Assembly (NCBI GenBank): GCA_039815185.1
Contig: JBCBZT010000003.1
Coordinates: forward strand, 64,001 to 128,000
Length of the DNA: 64,000 nucleotides
From: Cyanobacteria bacterium P01_A01_bin.123
Lineage (GTDB): Bacteria > Cyanobacteriota > Cyanobacteriia > Phormidesmidales > Phormidesmidaceae
Direction: 5' to 3'
Shown: positions 21,960-29,900 of the stretch, in pieces
Numbering within the stretch: the first letter of the stretch is position 1
Layout: each line of letters starts with the position of its first letter
The notes under the pieces: model-generated
Databases searched by the model: none
Seen by the model: only the letters and a program-made list of their open reading frames with translations
What the model was told of the DNA's origin: nothing
Program-made: the position numbers and the translations under genes

Positions 21960-22316
21960 TTATCCTCCGCTAATTTTGACCTGGTAGCCCTTCCCCTTCA
22001 GCAGCGTCACCAATTTGTCCCGGTGGTCGCCTTGAATTTCTAGGGTGTTATCTTTCACCGTGCCGCCACTGCCGCATTGGGCTTTTAGGTCTTTCGCTAG
22101 GTTAGTGAGGGTTTCCGGTTTATGTTGAAATCCGCTGACGATAGTTACAGTTTTGCCTTTTCGCCCTTTGCGGCTGGCCTCTACTTTGATGGACTGCTGA
22201 TTGGGTGGCAGGTCGGGTACCCCTCGGGCAAAGGCACTCGCTTGGGATTGGCCAAACTCCTGGTAAGCGACGCGATCGCGGTTGGGATCCGATGATTTTT
22301 TCTTGCGGCTCGACAT
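21960..22316 (-). CDS. yciH: SUI1-family translation initiation factor
   Basis: RKGRKGKTVT, CGSGGTVK, IQGDHR motifs. Confidence 0.92.
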   Translation of the reverse strand: MSSRKKKSSDPNRDRVAYQEFGQSQASAFARGVPDLPPNQQSIKVEASRKGRKGKTVTIVSGFQHKPETLTNLAKDLKAQCGSGGTVKDNTLEIQGDHRDKLVTLLKGKGYQVKISGG

Positions 22317-22486
22317 AGGCTACCGAATTGTGGATTTTGGATTTACGGTTTGGGATTGCGGATGTCTTGCATTAAGAGGCATCTGATTCTAAACCAAGTT
22401 AGGGGTTTCGTTCTATCTTGTGCCTTTCGATTCTTCATTGCGGCTCTCCTAGTTGCGTCCTAGCCAGATGAAGACTGAGGTTCTAG

Positions 22487-22551
22487 AAACCGAATTTCTG
22501 GCCAGAGAATCACCGCCATGATGACGCTTGATCAAAGCAACCCGGTTTCTG
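22487..22551. repeat. Degenerate AGAAACCGGGTTTCT-type palindromic repeat pair
   Basis: AGAAACCGAATTTCT at 22487 and GCAACCCGGTTTCTG at about 22537. Confidence 0.4.
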
Positions 22552-22669
22552 ACTTATAGCGCTGGCCAGCTTGCTTAAGGCACCGAGTATCGCTGGGATG
22601 CTGAATCTACAGGCAATCTGGCTCGCAGCCGCGTCCTATCCGGACTGGCGACTGCTATAGCGTTGCTGT

Positions 22670-23530
22670 TTAGGCGGCGGCTAACTTGTGGGCTATCGGT
22701 TGGGCTGTGGGAATTTGACGACCCACGGCGATCGCGATCGCGCTTAATTCCCCAATTAGGCCTGTCATAGTTTCTAGTGACAGGGCTTGGCGGGCATCAG
22801 ACACGGAAGCTTCTGGTACGGGGTGACATTCGATGATTAGGCCGTCTGCCCCAGCCGCGATCGCGGCTTTGGCTAAATTAGGGACTAATTCCCGCTTGCC
22901 TGCGGCGTGGCTGGGGTCGACGATCACGGGCAAGTGAGTCAAGTGTTTCAGGGCGACGACAGCACCCAGATCAAGCACGTTGCGGGTGTAGGTATCGAAG
23001 CTGCGGATACCCCGTTCACAGAGGATAACGTTGGGATTACCGTGAGCCATGACGTATTCGGCTGCCATGACAAACTCTTCCACCGTGGCGGCGAGTCCGC
23101 GCTTTAGCAGAATGGGTTTCTGGACGGTTCCCAGGGCTTTGAGCAGATCAAAGTTTTGCATATTGCGGCTGCCTACTTGTAAGACATCTGCATGGGCCGC
23201 GATCGCCTTAATTTGGTCGACTGCCATCACTTCTGTCACGACCGGAACCGAGTAGCGGCGACGCATGTGATCTAAAACTTCAAGTCCTGCTTGCCCCATG
23301 CCCTGAAAAGAGTAGGGTGAGGTACGCGGCTTGAACGCCCCGCCTCGAATGCCCTGCACTGGGGCTACGGTCAAGTGTTCGGCCACGGTTTCCATCTGTG
23401 CGAGGCTTTCCACCGTGCAGGGGCCACCCACAATCCAAAGATCTTTGCCGCCCACAGTAATGCCATAGGGGAGTTCGATCACGCTTTGGGGCTGGGCCTC
23501 AGATTTGAGCGTGAGTTTTGCGTCTTTCAT
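22670..23530 (-). CDS. aroF: 3-deoxy-7-phosphoheptulonate (DAHP) synthase, type I-beta, lacking an N-terminal regulatory domain
   Basis: [47 protein letters not shown]; 286 aa; AGGAGA RBS. Confidence 0.93.
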   Translation of the reverse strand: MKDAKLTLKSEAQPQSVIELPYGITVGGKDLWIVGGPCTVESLAQMETVAEHLTVAPVQGIRGGAFKPRTSPYSFQGMGQAGLEVLDHMRRRYSVPVVTEVMAVDQIKAIAAHADVLQVGSRNMQNFDLLKALGTVQKPILLKRGLAATVEEFVMAAEYVMAHGNPNVILCERGIRSFDTYTRNVLDLGAVVALKHLTHLPVIVDPSHAAGKRELVPNLAKAAIAAGADGLIIECHPVPEASVSDARQALSLETMTGLIGELSAIAIAVGRQIPTAQPIAHKLAAA

Positions 23531-23591
23531 GGAAATCTCCTGAATATTGTGCTGGAGCTGAACTCAAAACAAGCAGTCAAAATCAATCAAT

Positions 23592-23624
23592 AAAAAAAGC
23601 CCGGAGCCTAGGGCTCCGGGCTTT
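23592..23624 (-). terminator. Attenuator terminator 2
   Basis: AAAGCCCGGAGCC-CTA-GGCTCCGGGCTTT followed by TTTTA, about 60 nt before the aroF start. Confidence 0.9.
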
Positions 23625-23645
23625 GGCAAACCATAGGTCAGCCGA

Positions 23646-23708
23646 TCACCCAGAGCCTATCAGGGTGTAAAAGTAAAAATCAAAAAGCCAAGGGTTAGAG
23701 AGGGGCAT
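23646..23708 (-). CDS. Aromatic amino acid leader peptide 2: MPLSNPWLFDFYFYTLIGSG
   Basis: Hand-translated ATG..TGA; 6 aromatic codons within 8; the last codons GGCTCTGGG can pair with the 5' arm of terminator 2. Confidence 0.8.
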   Translation of the reverse strand: MPLSNPWLFDFYFYTLIGSG

Positions 23709-23739
23709 GGGGTTAAAACTAGATTGGGTTACAGGGATT

Positions 23740-23776
23740 AAAAAAACAAAAACCGCAGTGCCTTTGGCCTGCGGTT
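23740..23776 (-). terminator. Attenuator terminator 1
   Basis: AACCGCAG-GCCAAAGGC-A-CTGCGGTT followed by TTTGTTTTTTT. Confidence 0.88.
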
Positions 23777-23804
23777 CACTCAAGGTGCCATGCGAAAGCT
23801 GGAC

Positions 23805-23864
23805 TCACCCCCAGTGAACCGGAATAAAGTGCCAAAAATAAAACTTGTGGGCGATCGCGCTCAT
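23805..23864 (-). CDS. Aromatic amino acid leader peptide 1: MSAIAHKFYFWHFIPVHWG
   Basis: Hand-translated ATG..TGA; FYFWHF core; CGGTTCACT in the late codons is complementary to AGTGAACCG overlapping terminator 1. Confidence 0.8.
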   Translation of the reverse strand: MSAIAHKFYFWHFIPVHWG

Positions 23865-23904
23865 GGCAAAAATTCTTGCGAGGAAAATTCCTAACCTGTC
23901 TCGA

Positions 23905-23933
23905 ATCCTAGCAGGGCAAATTGGTAGCGTCAA
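23905..23933 (-). promoter_or_regulatory. Sigma70-type promoter of the leader-aroF transcript
   Basis: TTGACG - 17 nt - TAGGAT, with an extended -10 (TGn). Confidence 0.75.
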
Positions 23934-24019
23934 CAACTGGTTTGTTCCGGAGTGCGATCACTTAATAACCCCTCAGCAGATTGAGTTTTTCTTTGCCTTA
24001 GCTTTCGAGTAACCGTCCC

Positions 24020-24124
24020 CTGAGCGGAGTCGTTGGCTTTGCCGCCCCAAAGGGGCTAGGGGACATTCTGGTTGAGTTTTGGCTTTCTCCCTTTGGGAGA
24101 CCCTTCGCGAACGACTTCGCTCAG
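24020..24124. repeat. Composite REP/small dispersed repeat-like element
   Basis: Terminal inverted repeat CTGAGCGGAGTCGTT / AACGACTTCGCTCAG enclosing mini-hairpins GCCCCAAAGGGGC and TCTCCCTTTGGGAGA. Confidence 0.6.
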
Positions 24125-24356
24125 CCAGCCCAGTTTCTAGGACGGTTACGCTTTCGAGGGGTGAAATTTTTATATTTAGCTTCACTGTCAGTCATAATTG
24201 AGACCTACGACCTTAGTCCCACTAGAGGATATTTACTTTCTCCAAGAAGGCTTAAGATTGTTTTGTTTTCAAATCAATCTACCTCTTTAATCGAAGAACT
24301 CACCATAGAATGGAAGCACTACGCAGATGTGCCCATTTCTTAATGAGGTCTATCTT

Positions 24357-24509
24357 ATGAAACCGATGATTTGGCATCCTGAAGAGGATGATCACAAAGC
24401 TAACCAATACCTAGAGAGTATTAACCATGCACCCTATGAAATCATTGCTGGAATAATATTGGGTGTATTTTGTCTGTTTACACTGATGGTTATTGTCGGT
24501 ATTTTCTAG
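24357..24509 (+). CDS. Small single-TM protein (50 aa)
   Basis: GAGG RBS about 8 nt upstream; C-terminal hydrophobic helix IIAGIILGVFCLFTLMVIVGIF. Confidence 0.5.
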   Translation: MKPMIWHPEEDDHKANQYLESINHAPYEIIAGIILGVFCLFTLMVIVGIF

Positions 24510-24631
24510 CATTGATGAGTTCGCTTGCTGAACCCCCCGTTCCCTTTTTTAATCAGCTTTATAATCTGAATAAAGGGAACTTTTCTATATCAAAAGTTAT
24601 TCAAAATTTGAATGGTTATTTTTACACTGTC

Positions 24632-24946
24632 CTAGCTAACCGTCTTCGCACGGGAATTGGTGACAACCAACTCAAAATCCCAGTTGGGAATCTGGTTCAC
24701 CCGCTCTGCTATTCGTCGTAAATCTTCAGAACCGTTGAGGGTAAGATTCTCCCGTGTTCGTACTTCAACAGCAACGGTTCGCCCTTCGGCCTTTGCGACT
24801 AGATCAAGCGGGTGTTTCGATAACACTAGGGGTAGATCTTCAGCACCTGGATAAACCGTAACGTCGTACCCATGGCGACGATATTCGCGGGCCAATCGCA
24901 TGACACGACGGTGCTCTAGGGGAGTTTGGTGCGCTCTATAACTCAT
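24632..24946 (-). CDS. Small PD-(D/E)XK nuclease-like protein (archaeal Holliday junction resolvase-like)
   Basis: E..V..LAREYRRHGYDV...LDLVAK....VAVEVR pattern. Confidence 0.6.
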   Translation of the reverse strand: MSYRAHQTPLEHRRVMRLAREYRRHGYDVTVYPGAEDLPLVLSKHPLDLVAKAEGRTVAVEVRTRENLTLNGSEDLRRIAERVNQIPNWDFELVVTNSRAKTVS

Positions 24947-24965
24947 GGATAACCTAACCAGGAAC

Positions 24966-25382
24966 TCAAGCTAGCTCAGCCGGATCAGGAGCTCCCTCTA
25001 CCTTAACATAGAGAAATTCGTCTCCCTTACAGAACCCTTCTGCAAGCACCAGAGACATGCCCTTAATGCGGAAAGACCCATTCAGATTCCGGCGACGACT
25101 GACGAAATCTGTGATCTGATAATCATCTACATATACAACGCCATTGAGCGCATCCCGGACTGGCTTGACAATATTGTCGCTGTCGGGGACTGTCTCTTCG
25201 CCGTGCGGAGCGTCGTAGTAGTGGGTAATCGTGACTTTAACAGCCTCCCCCAAGGGCTGACTGCTAGGCCAGTTGACTTCGGCAGTGTGGCGCACTTTAC
25301 TTTTCCAATCCCGTAAACGTTTTTTATCTTTCGTTTGATGGGAAATGGGTTTGCCAATAACAATAAACTCGAAAGGAAGCAC
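24966..25382 (-). CDS. rusA: RusA-family crossover junction endodeoxyribonuclease
   Basis: GKPIS, PDSDNIVKPVRDALNGVVYVDDYQI (DxDNxxK..D...DD) motif. Confidence 0.85.
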   Translation of the reverse strand: MLPFEFIVIGKPISHQTKDKKRLRDWKSKVRHTAEVNWPSSQPLGEAVKVTITHYYDAPHGEETVPDSDNIVKPVRDALNGVVYVDDYQITDFVSRRRNLNGSFRIKGMSLVLAEGFCKGDEFLYVKVEGAPDPAELA

Positions 25383-25492
25383 GACAGACAGCGTTGAAGA
25401 GGTTAGTAGAGGGCAGAAGACGCGATCGCATGCCTGGGATGCCCAGTTCCAGGGTAAACGACTTTAGTAGCTTTGTCCTATCCTCACTTCAG

Positions 25493-25553
25493 CCACATCA
25501 CGAGGGAAAAACTTGAGCGCTAGCCTAGAGAAAAATCTTGATTTTGGACGTGG
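25493..25553 (+). repeat. Degenerate copy of the ~58-bp CACATCC...GGATGTG element
   Basis: CCACATC...AAAACTTGAG..TAGC..GAAAAA...GGACGTGG aligns by eye with the copies at 25708 and 62263. Confidence 0.5.
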
Positions 25554-25707
25554 CCTATATTTATTTACATCTGACGCAAGTATATTTACGAAAGTTGCCT
25601 TAAAGGTTCCCCACCACACTCCTGGTTCATCTAAAAAACAGATTTCTCCGGACAAAAAATAAGCTTTCCCAAGGGTGTTGCTTTGGCCACTTGATTGAAG
25701 ACAAAAA

Positions 25708-25764
25708 CACATCCGATTTGAAACCTGGAGTTTTGCTCAAGGAAAAACTATGGATCTGGATGTG
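25708..25764 (+). repeat. ~58-bp dispersed element with CACATCC/GGATGTG termini
   Basis: Near-identical to 62263-62320 (shared CACATCCGATTTGAAA and GGAAAAACTATGGATCTGGATGTG). Confidence 0.9.
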
Positions 25765-25810
25765 GACGCGGGTAAGGTTTAATAACAGTGGTACTTCACA
25801 CTTCTTTACC

Positions 25811-27322
25811 ATGGCAAGAGACCTCCAGGGATTTCTAACCCTACTTGAACAGCGTGGCCAATTGCGGCGGATCAAAGCTCCCGTTGATTCAGAGTTAGAA
25901 ATTGCCGAAATTGCTAACCGCATGCTCTATGCAGGCGGCCCTGCTTTGCTGTTTGAAAATGTTAAAGGGGCCTCTTACCCAATCGCGATCAACGTCATGG
26001 GCACGGTTGAGCGAGTTTGTTGGGCACTGAATATGAATGAGCCCCAGGAACTTGAAGCCTTGGGCAATAAATTGGCGTTGCTCTACCAACCCCGCCCGCC
26101 GAAGAAAATTTCTCAAGCCATTGACCTGGGTAAAGCCCTATTTGATGTGGTGAAGGCTAAGCCAGGGCGCGATTTTTTGCCCCAGTGTCAGCAGGTGGTG
26201 CTCAAAGACGAGCGGGTAGATTTGAATCAATTGCCCTTGTTGCGGGTCTATCCCGGTGATGCGGGCAAGGTGGTGACTTTGGGGTTGATGATCACTAAAG
26301 ATCCTGAAAACGGCACCCCAAATGTAGGGGTCTATCGGCTGCAACTGCAAAGCAAAAACACCATGACGGTGCAGTGGCTCTCGGTGCGTGGCGCGACCCG
26401 CCACCTGCGTAAAGCCGCTGAGCGGGGTCAAAAATTAGAGGTCGCTATCGCCCTTGGGGTTGACCCGCTCCTGATTCTTGCGGCTGCTACCCCCCTGCCT
26501 CTAGATCTTTCCGAATGGCTGTTTGCTGGCCTCTACGCGGGCGAAGGGGTGAAGTTGGCTAATTGTAAAACCGTTGATTTGGAAGTCCCGGCCCAGTCAG
26601 AATTTGTGCTAGAAGGCACGATTACCCCAGGTGAAGTGGCGGTGGATGGCCCCGCTGGAGACCACATCGGCTACTACGGCCCGGTGCGCGAAAATGCGCC
26701 ACTGATTCGCTTCCACTGCATGACCCATCGCAAAAATCCGGTGTATCTCACGACGTTTAGCGGTCGCCCCCCCAAAGAAGATGCCATGATGGCCCTAGCG
26801 CTCAACCGTATCTACACGCCAATTTTGCGTCAGCAGGTGCCTGAAATCATCGACTTCTTCTTGCCGATGGAGGGATTGAGCTATAAGGCCGCAATTCTCT
26901 CCATTGATAAAGCCTATCCGGGGCAAGCGCGGCGGGCGGCATTGGCTTTTTGGAGTGCCCTACCCCAGTTCAGCTACACCAAGTTTGTGATTGTGGTGGA
27001 TAAAGACATTAACATCCGCGACCCGCGCGCAGTAATGTGGGCGGTTACCTCCAAGATGGATCCGGCACGGGACGTATTTATCTTGCCCGATAGTCCCTTC
27101 GACAGCCTGGACTTTGCAACGGAAAAACCGGGGCTGGGTAGCCGCATGGGGATTGACGCCACGACAAAAATTTATCCCGAAAGCGATCGCCCCTGGAGTG
27201 AACCGCTCAAACCTGACCCAGAAACGGCGGCTAAAGTCGATCGGCGCTGGGCTGAATATGGCCTAGCTGATCTAGAAATGAACGAGGTCGACCCCAATTT
27301 GTTTGGTTACGATATGGCATAG
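25811..27322 (+). CDS. ubiD: UbiD-family decarboxylase (plastoquinone pathway in cyanobacteria)
   Basis: MARDLQGFL, PALLFENV, NVGVYRLQ, EFVLEG, GRPPKED, KFVIVVD, GIDAT motifs. Confidence 0.92.
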   Translation: MARDLQGFLTLLEQRGQLRRIKAPVDSELEIAEIANRMLYAGGPALLFENVKGASYPIAINVMGTVERVCWALNMNEPQELEALGNKLALLYQPRPPKKISQAIDLGKALFDVVKAKPGRDFLPQCQQVVLKDERVDLNQLPLLRVYPGDAGKVVTLGLMITKDPENGTPNVGVYRLQLQSKNTMTVQWLSVRGATRHLRKAAERGQKLEVAIALGVDPLLILAAATPLPLDLSEWLFAGLYAGEGVKLANCKTVDLEVPAQSEFVLEGTITPGEVAVDGPAGDHIGYYGPVRENAPLIRFHCMTHRKNPVYLTTFSGRPPKEDAMMALALNRIYTPILRQQVPEIIDFFLPMEGLSYKAAILSIDKAYPGQARRAALAFWSALPQFSYTKFVIVVDKDINIRDPRAVMWAVTSKMDPARDVFILPDSPFDSLDFATEKPGLGSRMGIDATTKIYPESDRPWSEPLKPDPETAAKVDRRWAEYGLADLEMNEVDPNLFGYDMA

Positions 27323-27378
27323 CGGTGTATGGGGTTAACCCCATTGGTAGCTCGAACCCTAACCTAGCAAAGTCGGTG

Positions 27379-28371
27379 ATGAAAAATCAGACTGTTACCC
27401 GTCGCCCCCATCGTTCCACCGTCGATGTGATTCAAACTGAAACAACTGCGATCGCCCGACATAAGCAAGACCATTGGTTTCGCGTCTTATTTCGGGTGCA
27501 GGGGTCGGTGCTGGTATCCGTCATCCCACGGGTGTTGGTGTGTGTTGTCTTTGCCTGCCTAATCACCGGGTTGGATGAGTTGGGCCTGGGGGTAGCGCTA
27601 CCAATTTTAGGGAGTTTGGTGCCTAGCATTGTGCTGGGGCTGTTGCTGGTCTTTCGCACCAATACGGCCTACGAACGGTTTTGGGAAGGGCGCAAACTTT
27701 GGGGCACCTTGGTCAATACGGTACGCAATTTGGCGCGGCAAATCTGGGTATCGATTGGGGAATCTTCTGTCGCCGATCAAAAAGCCAAGGTCGAAACCTT
27801 GAAGTTGTTGGTCGCCTTCGCGATCGCCATCAAACTCCACCTCCGCTCTGAACCCCTGGATGCTGAAATCGCCACATTGCTGACTGCTGAGCAGATCGAC
27901 AAGCTGCGATCGATGAACCACCCGCCCTTGGAAATTGCCTTTTGGATTGCCGACTATCTGCAAGATCAGCACGACAAAGATAACCTCAACACCTATCAGT
28001 TAGCCGCCATGATGGGTTTGCTAGATCTAATGGTAGATGTGCTCGGCGGTTGCGAACGAATTTTGAAAACGCCCATTCCGCTGGCCTATTCCATTCATCT
28101 CAAGCAGCTTGTCTTTATTTACTGTCTGGCCCTGCCATTTCAATTGGTTGGTAGCTTAGGTTGGTTCACCCCATTGATTGCAGGCCTAATCAGCTTCACC
28201 ATATTTGGCATCGAAGAAATCGGCATCGAAATTGAAAATCCCTTTGGCAATGATCCCAACGATCTGCCGCTGGATGATGTCTGCCGCACGATGTATCGCA
28301 ATATTCAGGATTTGATTACGCTGGCCCCGAGTTGTTGCCAATGGCGATCGCAGGTAGAGTCTCGCCCTTGA
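27379..28371 (+). CDS. Bestrophin-family anion channel
   Basis: LLLVFRTNTAYERFWEGRKLWG, CERILKTPIP, EIENPFGNDPNDLPLD. Confidence 0.92.
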   Translation: MKNQTVTRRPHRSTVDVIQTETTAIARHKQDHWFRVLFRVQGSVLVSVIPRVLVCVVFACLITGLDELGLGVALPILGSLVPSIVLGLLLVFRTNTAYERFWEGRKLWGTLVNTVRNLARQIWVSIGESSVADQKAKVETLKLLVAFAIAIKLHLRSEPLDAEIATLLTAEQIDKLRSMNHPPLEIAFWIADYLQDQHDKDNLNTYQLAAMMGLLDLMVDVLGGCERILKTPIPLAYSIHLKQLVFIYCLALPFQLVGSLGWFTPLIAGLISFTIFGIEEIGIEIENPFGNDPNDLPLDDVCRTMYRNIQDLITLAPSCCQWRSQVESRP

Positions 28372-28812
28372 GACAATCATTAATTTGGTGCCATAGCGTT
28401 TTGAATTTATACCCCTAATCAAGATCCTTCTGGGTTGTCCGAAATTTTAACCTCTACAGCAACTTTGTTTGCAGGGGTGACAAGGAAGTTCAGCAGGTAC
28501 TCGAGCGATCGCTGACCTATGCTTCTGATCTCCGGTTCATTTTGGTGGATAGGCAGAAGCGCATCTTTCAGACGCAGCGCTATTGCTATTTGGGGCGTAT
28601 CGACGATTGGATTGAGATTGGCCGAGTCGATCAATTAGCACCACTGGTCAAGACCTACGTGAAACATCTTGGGCAAGAATCTTTGTTCGATTTACACTGA
28701 AATCTGAGTACTGAACTGTTGGCAACGCTTTAAGGATCACAAAGTTGGTCTGGATCAGCAGTCCAATCAACCCAAAACTAGAGATAGGCCCTTTCCCGCT
28801 ATAGGCATCCCC

Positions 28813-29445
28813 ATGACCGCTACCCTGATTCAAAGTCCCGACCGGGTTATCTTGCAGAATATTAGCTGGCAAACCTATCAGTCGCTGGTTCACGATTTTG
28901 AACAGGAGCCTGCGATTCGCGTGACCTATGATGGCGGCACACTTGAAATTCGGATGCCCCTTGACCCCCACGAAAGTTACAAAAAGCTCTTGGGTCGTTT
29001 AATTGAGGCGGCAACGGAGGAATTGGATTTAGAAATTCGCAGTTTGGGCTCACGCACCTGCGATCGCGAAGATTTGGCTAAAGGACTGGAACCAGACCAG
29101 TGCTACTACATTCAGAATGAAGCATCGGTTCGGGGTATTGCTCAAATTGATTTAATCCAATTTCCACCGCCTGATTTGGCCGTGGAGGTCGATATTACCA
29201 GCAGCTCACTGGATCGCTTTACTATCTACAAAGATCTTGGCATTCCAGAGATCTGGCGATACGATGGGCGATCGCTAAATATCTATAGTTTGCAAGCGGG
29301 TAAGTATGTGATCAGTCCACATAGTCTCGCATTACCCTTGGTTCAAGCAGAAGCCATTCAGCGGTTTCTGCAATTGCAACCGACTACGGGTGAAAACAGT
29401 TTGGTGAAACAGTTCCGCCAGTGGTTGAAGAATCACTCACCATAG
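28813..29445 (+). CDS. Uma2 (DUF820) family endonuclease
   Basis: ISWQTY, LEPDQCYY, PPDLAVEVDITS, LGIPEIWRYD. Confidence 0.92.
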   Translation: MTATLIQSPDRVILQNISWQTYQSLVHDFEQEPAIRVTYDGGTLEIRMPLDPHESYKKLLGRLIEAATEELDLEIRSLGSRTCDREDLAKGLEPDQCYYIQNEASVRGIAQIDLIQFPPPDLAVEVDITSSSLDRFTIYKDLGIPEIWRYDGRSLNIYSLQAGKYVISPHSLALPLVQAEAIQRFLQLQPTTGENSLVKQFRQWLKNHSP

Positions 29446-29505
29446 CGCCAAATCCTTAGCAGAGCTACAATGCGGCCATAGCTTCTCGCTTCAAAGGAGC
29501 GCACT

Positions 29506-29829
29506 ATGAATTATCTTCAAAAACTCTTGTGGAAACTGCTGGCCGCGATCGCCTGCTGCCTAATCATCCTGTGGCCACCAATCGCCCTGGCCCAAACGAA
29601 TCAACCCAACCCTACGGCTGAGTCAACTCCCACCGTTCAAACTAACCAACCCGCTTCGGCTCAAACCAATCAACGCCCCAACCAAACTAACCAGCGGGTT
29701 AAACAGTCGTCAAAACAAAATGCACCCGCACAATCCCGTCGAGGCAAAACCTACGAGCAAGCACCCAATCCCTACAACATGGACGCTATTGAAACCTACG
29801 ACCAAGAACTCTATGGTGAGGGACGTTGA
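29506..29829 (+). CDS. Small secreted Q/N-rich hypothetical protein
   Basis: AAGGAG RBS, signal peptide ending ALA, QTNQ repeats, tail PYNMDAIETYDQELYG. Confidence 0.7.
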   Translation: MNYLQKLLWKLLAAIACCLIILWPPIALAQTNQPNPTAESTPTVQTNQPASAQTNQRPNQTNQRVKQSSKQNAPAQSRRGKTYEQAPNPYNMDAIETYDQELYGEGR

Positions 29830-29840
29830 GTAAATCTCGA

Positions 29841-29899
29841 CCCCATTCAAACCACAGTTTTCCCTAAGCCGAGATTTTCAGTTTTGAAATCGGATATGG
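29841..29899 (-). repeat. Reverse-oriented copy of the ~58-bp element
   Basis: Reverse complement reads CCATATCCGATTTCAAAACT...AGGGAAAACTGTGGTTTGAATGGGG. Confidence 0.65.
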
Positions 29900-29900
29900 C

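Noticed and set aside
22683..22698. 16-nt near-match between the aroF 3' end (IAHK) and leader 1 (23842-23857)
   Set aside because: Single short same-strand match, partly overlapping a HIP1 site; no mechanism evident
25691..25810. Apparent 40-aa N-terminal extension of UbiD
   Set aside because: An open frame running through the 58-bp repeat; the family-typical start is MARDL at 25811
28372..28812. Short minus-strand ORFs between the bestrophin and Uma2 genes
   Set aside because: No recognisable motif in any frame I read; possibly a decayed fragment but not supportable
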